Shown: positions 28,168 through 37,435 of the stretch, one piece after another
How the letters are laid out: each line of letters opens with the position of its first letter
How positions within the stretch are numbered: position 1 is the stretch's first letter
Source: an uncultured Actinomycetota bacterium
GTDB lineage: Bacteria > Actinomycetota > Actinomycetes > Propionibacteriales > Nocardioidaceae
DNA length: 64,000 nt
Direction: 5' to 3'
NCBI GenBank assembly: GCA_963805345.1
Contig: CAWDUA010000012.1
Span: 503-64,502 of the forward strand
The notes under the pieces: generated by a model
Database searches by the model: none
What the model was told of the DNA's origin: nothing
Seen by the model: the letters and a program-made list of their open reading frames with translations, nothing else
Made by a program: the position numbers and the translations under genes

Positions 28168-28833
28168 ATGAGACGCTTACTGGGCCCTGCGATGACCGTT
28201 CTGCTGGGGGCCGGCTTCGTTGCCCTGATGGGCTTCCTGCTCCATCAGCAACCCGCGCCCGCCCTCGCTGCGTCGGCGAAGACGGGATCCGCGACTCCCC
28301 ATCACGTGTACCTCCACCTGTCGACGTACCCCGACAGCATGGCGGGCGAGCACGGCAAGGACGGCGGTCCCGAGCCCGACTGGGTGAGCTACGGTCCGAC
28401 GACGACCTTGGAGGTGCCACGGAACTCCCTGGTCACCGTCACGATCAGCCAGTACGACGGCGGCGAGGCGATCACCAACCCATGGTTCGCGCGTGTCCAC
28501 GGCACGATCGACGGGACAGAGACGGTCGACGGCAAGCCAGTGACCGAGGTGGATCCGGCGGCGGTCGGTCACACGTTCACGATCCATGCCGCGCCGACGG
28601 CTCAGGATCCGCTCTTCGTGAGCGCACCGTTGCCTGCGGTTCCAGACGATGCACCGTTGGCGCCGGGGAGCGCCTACCCGAAGCCGATCGAGGTCACCTT
28701 CTCGTTCCGGACCAAGGGTCCGGGCAAGTACGTGTGGAACTGCGAGTTCCCGTGCGGAGACGGCACCTACGCGAAGTTCGGCGGGCCGATGTCCACCCGG
28801 GGCTGGATGTCCGGCACGTTGACGGTCACGTGA
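28168..28833 (+). CDS. Membrane-anchored cupredoxin-like protein
   Basis: N-terminal TM; GHTFT; FSFRTKGPGKYVWNCEFPCG..GPM..WMSGTLTV cupredoxin-type C-terminus. Confidence 0.7.
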   Translation: MRRLLGPAMTVLLGAGFVALMGFLLHQQPAPALAASAKTGSATPHHVYLHLSTYPDSMAGEHGKDGGPEPDWVSYGPTTTLEVPRNSLVTVTISQYDGGEAITNPWFARVHGTIDGTETVDGKPVTEVDPAAVGHTFTIHAAPTAQDPLFVSAPLPAVPDDAPLAPGSAYPKPIEVTFSFRTKGPGKYVWNCEFPCGDGTYAKFGGPMSTRGWMSGTLTVT

Positions 28834-28883
28834 CGTGGTTCGCCACGGTGTGTGTTCGAGACGGGTGTGAGGGAGGCTGAGCC

Positions 28884-29654
28884 GTGTCAGAGACAGAGGT
28901 CGCCGAGAGACGCACTCCCTGGTGGCAGAGCGAGGACGCGCGGGTCCTCGGCGTACTGTGGGCCGCATTCACGGTCCTCGGCGTGGTCTTCGCCCTGATC
29001 GTGCCCCATCACCTGATGGGACCCTCGGCTTCCAACACGATGACCGAGGTGGAGCGCACGTTCACCGTCTTCTCGGTCGCGTCGGCGCCCGTGGCGGCAG
29101 TGGTGTGGGCCTTGCTGGTCTACAGCCTGTGGAAGTGGCGCCGCCGTGGCGACTGGTCACCCGACGACCCCGACGGACCGCCCCTCCGCGGCCACGGGTG
29201 GACGACCGGGCTGTGGATGTTCGCCTCCTCTGCTCTGTGTCTTTTCCTGCTGATCTGGGGTCTGGCAGCCCTCAGCAGTGTCGACTCCGCGACCGCCGCG
29301 ACCCCGCTGGAGATCGAGGTCACGGGGCAACAGTGGATCTGGACGTTCACGTATCCGGACAACGGGAACGTCGAGAGCGACCAGCTCTACCTGCCGATCG
29401 ACCGGCCGGTCGTCTTCCGGGTGACGAGTGACGACGTCATCCATTCCTTCTGGGTCCCCGCGATGGGGATCAAGGTCGATGCGAACCCAGGCATGACGAC
29501 CACCACGCAGACCACGCCCGACCGTCTGGGCACCTACCACGTGAAATGCGCAGAGCTGTGCGGGCTTCTGCACGCCGACATGGAGACCAACGCCCATGTG
29601 GTCTCGGCCGACGACTTCGCCACGTGGGCCGCTTCCCAGGGGGGTAGCCGATGA
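28884..29654 (+). CDS. ctaC: Cytochrome c oxidase subunit II
   Basis: GQQWIW, DVIHSFW, CAELCGLLHADM (CuA). Confidence 0.95.
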   Translation: MSETEVAERRTPWWQSEDARVLGVLWAAFTVLGVVFALIVPHHLMGPSASNTMTEVERTFTVFSVASAPVAAVVWALLVYSLWKWRRRGDWSPDDPDGPPLRGHGWTTGLWMFASSALCLFLLIWGLAALSSVDSATAATPLEIEVTGQQWIWTFTYPDNGNVESDQLYLPIDRPVVFRVTSDDVIHSFWVPAMGIKVDANPGMTTTTQTTPDRLGTYHVKCAELCGLLHADMETNAHVVSADDFATWAASQGGSR

Positions 29655-31582
29655 CCGTCGCCGACTCGTACACGACCGACCCGGTCAAAGGAGGCCCGGA
29701 CGGTGGTGTGATGCGCCGTCTCAACATGGGCACCGGTCTGGTGGGCGGCATCGTCCTCGCCCTGGTCTTCAACCTGGTCGCCAAGTCGCTCGCCGACGAC
29801 GCCGTGCACGAGGTGGACGTCCGCGCGACCGCGACCATGGTCGGCTGGGCGATCGGCTTCATGGCCGGTCTGGGGGCGTTCACCGGCCCGTTCCGGTGGC
29901 TGGTCGGGCGCGACCTGACCCACGCCGACGAGCTCTTCCTGGCCGGGAAGGACCAAGGCGTCGGCCGCTACTTCCGGTTCACGACCGACCACAAGGTCGT
30001 CGGGATCCAGTACCTCGTGCTCACCATGGTCATGCTCGGTGCCGGCGGCACCATGGCGATGCTCATCCGTACCGACCTGATCTCACCGAACTCGGGGTTC
30101 CTCGGCCCGCAGACCTACAACTCGCTGGTCGGTCTGCACGGCCTGACGATGATCCTGGCGACGATCATCATGGTCACGGGACCCTTCGGGAACTTCGTGG
30201 TCCCGTTGATGATCGGTGCCCGGGACATGGCGTTCCCTCGGCTCAACGCCTTGAGCCTCTGGCTCCTGGTGGCCATGTTGCCGGTGCTGTACTCGGCCGC
30301 CTTCCTCGGGGGCATCCCGATGGGCTGGGTCGGTTACACGCCGATCGCGGACCAAGGGCCCGCCGGCGTCGACTCCTACATGGTGGCCATCTTGATCTTC
30401 GCGGTCTCGACGGCGGTGGCCGGCTCGAACATCACGACGACGATCCTGACCATGCGGGCGCGCGGGATGACCTGGACGCGCACCCCGATCTTCGTGTACG
30501 GCGTCCTGGCCAGCGTCGTGCTGGCTCTGCCCGCCTTCCCCATGTTCATGGGGGCCGAGATCCTGCTCCTGGTCGACCGGCTGATGGGTGGCGGGTTCTA
30601 CGTTCCCAGCCTCGGAGGCCAGCCCTGGCTCTACCAGAACCTGTTCTGGCTGATGGGGCATCCCGAGGTCTACGTCATCCTGATCCCCGCCGTCGCGGCG
30701 CTGATGGAGCTGACGGCGGTGTTCGCGCGCAAGCCCCTCTACAGCTTCCGGATCGCCGTCCTGTCGATCATCGCGATCGTGGGCCTCAGCGTCACCGTCT
30801 GGGCGCACCACATGTTCGCCTCCGGCTGGGCGCCGGACCTCAACGGTCCGTTCATGCTCACGACAGAGATGATCTCGATCCCCACCGGTGGTCTGTTCCT
30901 GGTCATCCTCGGCACCCTGTGGCGTGGTCGCATCTGGACGACGCTGCCGCTGATGTGCACCTACGCCATGCTCTGGAACTTCATCATCGGCGGGATCACC
31001 GGGATCTACCTGTCGGACGTTCCGCTCGACTACCAGCTGCACGGCTCCATGTTCGTGACAGCTCACTTCCACTACACGCTGATGGGTGCGGGACTCACGG
31101 GCGCCATCGGCGCGATGGCCTACTGGTTCCCCAAGATGACGGGCCGGATGCTGGGCACGACGTCGGGCTTCGTCTCCTTCTGGGTGGTCCAGATCGGGTT
31201 CAACGTGACGTTCCTCGGGATGTTCATGGTCGGACTGGAGGGTCAGCCTCGTCGAGTCGTCCACTACGAAGCCGCCTACCACGCGGGAAACCTGATCTCC
31301 ACGATCGGCGCCTACTTCATCGGGGTCGGCATGCTCATCTTGTTGTACGACGTGATCGCGTCGTGGCGACACGGTGAGGTCGCGCCGATGAACCCCTGGG
31401 GCGCCAAGACGCTGGAGTGGACGGTCCCGAACCCGATCCCCTTGGAGAACTTCGCCGTTCTGCCCGTGGTCACCGAGGACGCCTACGGATACGGCGAACC
31501 GGCTGAGCCCGAACGGGTGCCGGTATCGGTCTCTGCGGGCGCCGATACGGGTCCGGAACAGGGCGAAGGGGCGATGACATGA
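29651..31582 (+). CDS. ctaD: Heme-copper oxidase subunit I (A-type, atypical)
   Basis: TTDHK, LHG, DMAFPRLN, GHPEVY, WAHH, AHFHY, PRR. Confidence 0.97.
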   Translation: MTVADSYTTDPVKGGPDGGVMRRLNMGTGLVGGIVLALVFNLVAKSLADDAVHEVDVRATATMVGWAIGFMAGLGAFTGPFRWLVGRDLTHADELFLAGKDQGVGRYFRFTTDHKVVGIQYLVLTMVMLGAGGTMAMLIRTDLISPNSGFLGPQTYNSLVGLHGLTMILATIIMVTGPFGNFVVPLMIGARDMAFPRLNALSLWLLVAMLPVLYSAAFLGGIPMGWVGYTPIADQGPAGVDSYMVAILIFAVSTAVAGSNITTTILTMRARGMTWTRTPIFVYGVLASVVLALPAFPMFMGAEILLLVDRLMGGGFYVPSLGGQPWLYQNLFWLMGHPEVYVILIPAVAALMELTAVFARKPLYSFRIAVLSIIAIVGLSVTVWAHHMFASGWAPDLNGPFMLTTEMISIPTGGLFLVILGTLWRGRIWTTLPLMCTYAMLWNFIIGGITGIYLSDVPLDYQLHGSMFVTAHFHYTLMGAGLTGAIGAMAYWFPKMTGRMLGTTSGFVSFWVVQIGFNVTFLGMFMVGLEGQPRRVVHYEAAYHAGNLISTIGAYFIGVGMLILLYDVIASWRHGEVAPMNPWGAKTLEWTVPNPIPLENFAVLPVVTEDAYGYGEPAEPERVPVSVSAGADTGPEQGEGAMT

Positions 31583-32268
31583 GCACCGAGTCGCTCGTCA
31601 ACAAGGAGGCCTTCGCACCCGAGGAGCCGGAGGACTTCGGCGATCGCTGGCGCACCGGCGTCCTGCTCCTGATCGTGGCGGACGCCTCGTTCGTGGCGGC
31701 GCTGTCCTTCGCGTTCCTCTACCTGCGAGGCATCAACACCCAGTCGTCGTTCCACCCGGGAGGCACCGGTGTGGCCTCGCTGTGGTGGCCCTGGCTGGTG
31801 ACGGCGGTGATGATCGCCTCCTTCCTCGCCTATCGCCTCGGGCTGGAGGCACACGAGCCGGGACGGCGACACTTCCTCAACGGCGGCGTCGTGGCCCTGG
31901 TCGGCATGTGCGTCGCATTGGTGCTCAACATCGTCGAGATGGCCGAGTTCCCCTTCCACGTCAGCGACAACGCGTACTCGTCGGCGGTCTGGGTCCTCGC
32001 GGCGGGGAACGTCTTCCACCTGCTGATCACGGTGTTCCTCGGGCTCGGCATCGTCATCCGGGTGCAGCGGCGGGTCACGCGCGGCGCCCGGGACTGGCAC
32101 GTGCGCCTCGTCGGCATCTGGTTCGCGTGGGTGTGCGTCGCAGCACTCATCGGAGCACTCACGGTCACTGTCGCCAATGGGACCGTGGGCTGCCCGCTAC
32201 CTGCGGATCAGCCGGATCCCGGGGCCCGGTCAGTAGTGGCGCCGTCGTGTCCCAGCGCGTCGAGGTAG
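31579..32268 (+). CDS. ctaE: Cytochrome c oxidase subunit III (short form)
   Basis: ATGA overlap with ctaD; about 5 TM helices; NAYSSAVW..GNVFHLL; 3' end uncertain. Confidence 0.75.
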   Translation: MSTESLVNKEAFAPEEPEDFGDRWRTGVLLLIVADASFVAALSFAFLYLRGINTQSSFHPGGTGVASLWWPWLVTAVMIASFLAYRLGLEAHEPGRRHFLNGGVVALVGMCVALVLNIVEMAEFPFHVSDNAYSSAVWVLAAGNVFHLLITVFLGLGIVIRVQRRVTRGARDWHVRLVGIWFAWVCVAALIGALTVTVANGTVGCPLPADQPDPGARSVVAPSCPSASR

Positions 32269-32588
32269 TCCTGCCACGCCCGCAGGCCCGGATCGTCCTC
32301 GGGGATGTCGCGGTCGTCGGGCCTGCGCGGAGGGCTCGGCCGGCGTGTCTCGCGCTCGGTGACCAGTCGCCACCACATCCAGCCGAACAGCACGGCGAAC
32401 AGCGGCCACTCGAAGACGTACACCCACGCGATGGTGTGACCGTCGCGCGCCCGGGTCAGCTCGAACCATCCCGCCGCGAAGCAGAAGCAGACGGCCGGCA
32501 GGAAGACAGCGTGGTAGCGCAGGTTCTGCCTCGTCCAGACCCTCGGCCTGGACGTTGCATCGCGCGCAGCACTCCTCGGACGGCTCAT
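32208..32588 (-). CDS. Small membrane protein resembling mycobacterial LprD
   Basis: GWFELTRA..WVYVFEWPLFA..DPGLRAWQDYL pattern; similarity recalled, not searched. Confidence 0.6.
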   Translation of the reverse strand: MSRPRSAARDATSRPRVWTRQNLRYHAVFLPAVCFCFAAGWFELTRARDGHTIAWVYVFEWPLFAVLFGWMWWRLVTERETRRPSPPRRPDDRDIPEDDPGLRAWQDYLDALGHDGATTDRAPGSG

Positions 32589-33439
32589 CCGCGGGCCCTC
32601 GACGCCAGGGGGCCGGTGCCCCGCTCCTGGCGGCGGGTGCGGCGTTCCTCGTCCTCCAGCCACTGGTATCCGGCGACCACGAGCCAGACCACCCCCAGCG
32701 CCATGGACGTCGACCACATCAAGATGCCTGCGAGGTGCTGGTCGGCGAGCGGGTCCGGGCCGAACGGGCGTGCGACGTGTGCGTAGTAGGGATAGCCGAG
32801 GTGGGGCTCGGCGAAGATGGCGAAGCCCAACATGGCCATCGGGACCATCACCGTGAACAGCGAGACCATGCGCACGCCGTGGGGCACATGCCGGGTCCCG
32901 GTCGACGGGACCAGGAGCGGCTGGAAGTACACCACCGCGCTGACCAGATAGAGCGTGTGCTCGAGGTAGTCGTGCAGGAGCGGATGGGTCAGGAAGCCGT
33001 CGTACACGGCAGGGAGGTGGGTGATACCCATGACGCCCACGAAGAACACCCAGCCGAAGACGGGGTTGGTCAGCACCAGCACGACACGGCTGCGCAGGAC
33101 GGGCACCCACAGCCGTCGCCGGGTGTCAGCGTCACTGGCCCGAAGCACCAGCAGCACCGGCTCGCCGAGGACCAGCAGGGGAGCAGCCAGCATGGTGAGC
33201 AGGATGTGCTGGGTCATGTGGGCGTAGAAGAAGACGTCGTCGTAGGCTCCCGGAGGTCCGACCAGGGCGAACGCCGTGACGACCAGCCCGGAGACGAAGC
33301 ACACCGTGCGGGACGCCTGCCACGGCTGCGAAGGCGAACGCCGTGTGACCCGGGACGTCGCCACGACGTACCACGTTCCGCAGGCGAGCACCGCCAGCCA
33401 GGGGACCGGAGAGAGCTCCCAGGCCCCCAGCAGCCGCAT
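32585..33439 (-). CDS. CtaG (Caa3_CtaG)-family oxidase assembly protein
   Basis: HMTQHILLTMLAAP, WVFFVGVMGITH, EHTLYL, DQHLAGILMW; start approximate. Confidence 0.88.
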   Translation of the reverse strand: MRLLGAWELSPVPWLAVLACGTWYVVATSRVTRRSPSQPWQASRTVCFVSGLVVTAFALVGPPGAYDDVFFYAHMTQHILLTMLAAPLLVLGEPVLLVLRASDADTRRRLWVPVLRSRVVLVLTNPVFGWVFFVGVMGITHLPAVYDGFLTHPLLHDYLEHTLYLVSAVVYFQPLLVPSTGTRHVPHGVRMVSLFTVMVPMAMLGFAIFAEPHLGYPYYAHVARPFGPDPLADQHLAGILMWSTSMALGVVWLVVAGYQWLEDEERRTRRQERGTGPLASRARG

Positions 33440-33465
33440 GGCTTCGGTCACGTCCACGCACGGTA

Positions 33466-33485
33466 CGCGCCTTCCGGCAGGCGCG
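33466..33485. promoter_or_regulatory. 7-6-7 palindrome between the divergent ctaG-like and sco genes
   Basis: CGCGCCT-TCCGGC-AGGCGCG. Confidence 0.35.
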
Positions 33486-34238
33486 GAATACTCTTCGCCA
33501 CTGCAATTCTCGTGCTGCTCGTCGTCGCGTCGGGGTGCGGTACGCGCGGGTCCGCGGCCGACGCCGGGCCCGCCGCGCCGGAGATCGGGACATCCCTCGA
33601 CGCCCCGGTGCCCGACAGCGTTCTCACCGCGCCGCTCATCGACAGCCACGGGCACCCCACCACGCTGGGAGCCCTTCAGGGCAAGGTGATCGTGCTCTCC
33701 GATGTGATGACCCTGTGTGCCGAGTCCTGCCCGATCATCACCGCGAGCATGGTGGCCGCTGCGCGCGACATCGACCGCACCCCTCTGGGTCGACATGTCG
33801 AGTTCGTCAGCCTCACCATCGACCCGACCCGCGACGACGGCCAACACCTGCGCGCCTACCAGCGGCAGTTCGGGAGGCTGCCCAACTGGACCGTGCTGAC
33901 GGGGAGCCCACGGGTCGTCAACGGGGTGTGGCACACGCTGGGGGTCTGGCGACACCTCACCCATCTGAAGCCGCCGTTCTCCCGCGACTGGGTCACCGGC
34001 GCACCCTTGACGACGGACATCGCCCACACCGACGAGCTGATCTTCATCAGTGGCGCGCAGAACTTCCGCTACGAGCTCGAGGGCTATGGGAACGTGTCAC
34101 CGTCCGCGATCCCCAAGCGGATCTACGACTTCATGGACCGGCTCGGCCACCGCAACGTCTCGACGCCGGACCCCGGTTCCTGGACCCCCGCTGAGGTGAC
34201 CCAGGTGCTCCGACTGGGTCCTCGGGAGCACCCAGTGA
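33480..34238 (+). CDS. SCO family copper chaperone (lipoprotein); start not found, 3' end possibly frameshifted
   Basis: VVASGC lipobox, CAESCP (CxxxC), [13 protein letters not shown]. Confidence 0.85.
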
Positions 34239-34771
34239 GGGCGGCCCTGCTTTCCTTCGCGCTCGCCCTCGTCTGCGCGTCCTGCTCGTCGATGCACCGC
34301 GCGCCCGCGACTCCCGCTCTGGGGTCCGGCCTGCAGGTGTTCCCGGCCGCCACCCGCACGTCCGCCCCGAGCATCAGCGGCACCACGATCAACGGCGACT
34401 CGCTCGACCTCGCCGACGAGATGGGGCACGGCGTGGTCGCCCTGAACGTCTGGGCCTCCTGGTGCGGCCCGTGCCGCAAGGAGATGCCGGTGCTGGCTCG
34501 CGCCGCGGGGAAGCGGCTGCGGGTGATCGGGATCGACGAGCGCGACAGCAGCCGTTCGGCCCGGTCCTTCGCAACCTCGCGCGGCGTGTCCTACCCGAGC
34601 CTGTCGGACCCACAGGGAGAGCTCCTCGCGGACCTTCCCATGCTGCCCCAGACCGGTGTGCCCAGCACGCTCTTCCTCGACGCCCGGGGCCGCGTGGCCG
34701 CACGCGTCATCGGGCCCGTCGACGCACGTGGCCTCCGTCGCATCCTCCGACAGCTAGGAGCATCCCGATGA
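34235..34771 (+). CDS. TlpA/ResA-like thiol-disulfide redoxin
   Basis: [24 protein letters not shown]; own signal peptide from GTG 34235. Confidence 0.9.
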   Translation: MRAALLSFALALVCASCSSMHRAPATPALGSGLQVFPAATRTSAPSISGTTINGDSLDLADEMGHGVVALNVWASWCGPCRKEMPVLARAAGKRLRVIGIDERDSSRSARSFATSRGVSYPSLSDPQGELLADLPMLPQTGVPSTLFLDARGRVAARVIGPVDARGLRRILRQLGASR

Positions 34772-35691
34772 CCGCGCCCCTGGTGACGACGACGCCCGGT
34801 CTGACCGCCACGCGCGAGCTGGTCTCGGCGTACGTCGCGTTGACCAAGCCGCGCATCATCGAGCTCCTGCTCTTGACGACCCTCCCTGTGATGTTCCTGG
34901 CCAGTGACGGTGTGCCACCGCTCGGCCTGGTCGTGGCGACCCTCGTGGGCGGAACGCTGTCGGCGGGCAGCGCCAACGTCCTCAACTGCGTCGTCGACGC
35001 CGACATCGACGCCCGGATGAGGCGCACTCGTCGCCGACCGCTCGCGCGCGACCTCGTGTCCCGACGCTCTGCGCTCGTGTTCGGCCTGGTACTCGGAGCA
35101 GTCTCCACCGTCGGCCTCGGGGTCCTCGTGAACTGGTTGTCGGCGTGCCTGGCGCTGGCCGCCAACGTCTTCTACGTCGTGGGCTACACGATCTGGCTGA
35201 AGCCTCGGACGAGTCAGAACATCGTCTGGGGTGGCGCCGCCGGCTGCTTCCCCACCCTCATCGGCTGGACCGCCGTCCAGGACGGCCTGGCCTGGCCCCC
35301 GGTCGTGCTCTTCCTCGTCGTCTTCTTGTGGACCCCGCCACACTTCTGGGCGCTGGCCATGCGCTACCGCGAGGACTATGCAGCCGCCGACGTGCCGATG
35401 CTGCCCGTGGTCGCGCCGACCCAGGTCGTGGCACGTCAGATCCTCCGGTACGCACTGGCGACCGTGGCCATGTCGCTGGTCTTGTGGCCGGCCGCGCACA
35501 CGGGCCTCGTCTATCCCGCCTTCGCGGCGGTGCTCGGTGCAGCCTTCATCGGCGAGTCGGCGCTCCTGCTGAGCCGTGCTCGCGGCTCCGACGATCTGTC
35601 GGTGCTCCAGCCGATGAGACTCTTCCACCTCTCGAACCTCTACCTGAGCCTTCTGTTCCTGGCCGTGGCCCTGGTGCCGTTCGCACGCTGA
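34768..35691 (+). CDS. ctaB: Heme o synthase (protoheme IX farnesyltransferase)
   Basis: [49 protein letters not shown]. Confidence 0.95.
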   Translation: MTAPLVTTTPGLTATRELVSAYVALTKPRIIELLLLTTLPVMFLASDGVPPLGLVVATLVGGTLSAGSANVLNCVVDADIDARMRRTRRRPLARDLVSRRSALVFGLVLGAVSTVGLGVLVNWLSACLALAANVFYVVGYTIWLKPRTSQNIVWGGAAGCFPTLIGWTAVQDGLAWPPVVLFLVVFLWTPPHFWALAMRYREDYAAADVPMLPVVAPTQVVARQILRYALATVAMSLVLWPAAHTGLVYPAFAAVLGAAFIGESALLLSRARGSDDLSVLQPMRLFHLSNLYLSLLFLAVALVPFAR

Positions 35692-35702
35692 CGCCGCGGG
35701 CC

Positions 35703-36086
35703 TCAGTCCACCAGCGCGTCGTCGAGCTCCGAGAACTCGCTGGCAACCGAGAACCAGACAGAGCGCCACTCGCCTGCGATCGGCGAGAGTCGCCACGCCG
35801 GTGCCTCCGGGCCGTTCGCGAGCAGGAGATAGCTGCGCACCGTGACCAGCTCACGGAACGGCGCGAGCTGGTCATCGGGCAGGTCGTCGCGACGAACGGC
35901 GTGCAGGAACCACCCCGTGGGGTGGCGGACGGCCACCAGAACGCCGTCGACCGTCGCGCCGCCCGCGGCCTCGCCCTCGTTCGCCAAGGCGGTCACGGTC
36001 CTCGGATCGGCGACGAGGACCTGGGTTGCGGACGCCACGTCCCACAGCGGGTCGACGGGTCGTTCGCGATCGCGGAAGAAGTGCAT
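35703..36086 (-). CDS. Hypothetical protein
   Basis: ATG 36086 after GAGGAG; protein-like sequence. Confidence 0.65.
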   Translation of the reverse strand: MHFFRDRERPVDPLWDVASATQVLVADPRTVTALANEGEAAGGATVDGVLVAVRHPTGWFLHAVRRDDLPDDQLAPFRELVTVRSYLLLANGPEAPAWRLSPIAGEWRSVWFSVASEFSELDDALVD

Positions 36087-36300
36087 CGGCGTCTCCTCGG
36101 GTGTGCGGTTGACACTGCTCAGGCAACGGCACGTACCCATGTCTTTGCTGTGTGTTACGCACGAGTGGTCTGTGCGGTTCACCGTGCGGCGGGGAGGTCC
36201 TCGTCGTACGCCCTCGACCGTCGAGGACCCGCACGGCGGGGGCGGACACGGGGACGATGACGGCCGTGCCCCTCGTGCGGGTTCGGCTAGTTTGCGAGGT

Positions 36301-36546
36301 GTGACAGATCCCGAACCGGTTCGGGGCAGCCCGCTCAAGCCATGGCAGTGGGCGGAGCTGTCGGTGTTCGTCGGCGTCATCGTGATCCAGCTCTGGCTCT
36401 ACCAGGTCTCGGTGCCGGCTGCCGCCGCGTGGGGGCTGCTCGTACCCGCGCTCGCGCTCCACATCTACTTCTGGATGGCGCCGCTCATCCGCGAGCAGGG
36501 GGCTGTGCGTCGCGGTACGGACTCGGGTCGTGGGCGTGAGGACTAG
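36301..36546 (+). CDS. Small two-TM membrane protein
   Basis: Two hydrophobic helices. Confidence 0.55.
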   Translation: MTDPEPVRGSPLKPWQWAELSVFVGVIVIQLWLYQVSVPAAAAWGLLVPALALHIYFWMAPLIREQGAVRRGTDSGRGRED

Positions 36547-36766
36547 GCCGGCTCACGCCAGGTCCGGGTCGTGAGCGTCTGGAGGACGTGCTCCGCCGCC
36601 ACCGGCTACGCCGCAGGCCGTGAGATGACGACACAGCGCCGGCCCCCGCCGTCCGCGGGTCGTAGGTCCCCACGCCCGGACCCTTTGGCCCCCGGCCTAT
36701 CTCGCAGGGCGCGGTGTTCCCTAGGATCATCGTGTCGCACCTGCCCGTTCCGGAAAGGGTCCTCCC

Positions 36767-37363
36767 GTGTCCTCCACCGCGCTCGTCCCGTCGCTCGTCC
36801 ACCCGCGCAGTCGCGCCGTCAGCCTGGTGGCCGACGCGGTGCTCGTCGCCCTGGGCGTCGCGCTGATCGCAACCTCGGCGCAGGTCGTGTTCCATCTGCC
36901 CTGGACCCCCGTCCCGATCACCGGGCAGACCTTCGGCGTGCTGCTCGTCGGCGGCGCCTACGGCGCGACCAGGGGCTTCGCGACCATGGCGGCGTACCTC
37001 GTGGTCGGCGGCCTCGGTGTCGGCGTGTTCGCGGCGAACACCTCGGGCTGGGACGTGCTCCGGCTCTCGTCGGCCACCGGCGGCTATCTCGTCGGGATGC
37101 TCGTCGCCGCCTCCGTCGTGGGCTGGCTGGCCGACCGTGGCTGGGACCGGCACGCCGTCCGCTCGGTTCCGGCGATGGTTCTCGGCAACGTCGTGATCTA
37201 CGCGTTCGGCGCCACCTGGCTCGCCCACGCGCTCGGTCTCTCGGCGTCGCAGGCCTGGCACCTCGGCGTGCAGCCCTTCCTGTGGGGAGACGGCGTCAAG
37301 ATCCTGCTGGCCGCAGGCCTCCTCCCGCTGGCGTGGAAGGTCGTCGACGCGATCCGTCGGTGA
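36767..37363 (+). CDS. bioY: Biotin transporter BioY
   Basis: LPWTPVPITGQT, TGGYLVG, PFLWGDGVK. Confidence 0.93.
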   Translation: MSSTALVPSLVHPRSRAVSLVADAVLVALGVALIATSAQVVFHLPWTPVPITGQTFGVLLVGGAYGATRGFATMAAYLVVGGLGVGVFAANTSGWDVLRLSSATGGYLVGMLVAASVVGWLADRGWDRHAVRSVPAMVLGNVVIYAFGATWLAHALGLSASQAWHLGVQPFLWGDGVKILLAAGLLPLAWKVVDAIRR

Positions 37364-37435
37364 ACCGTCGGGCACGACCGACGTCGTGTCCGATTCCCGC
37401 GAGTAACTGTCGGCGCCCTCGGCCATGATGGGCTC

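Noticed and set aside
32555-33480. N-terminal part of the 738-aa ORF
   Set aside because: Antisense shadow of the ctaG-like gene; real coding starts near the SCO signal peptide.
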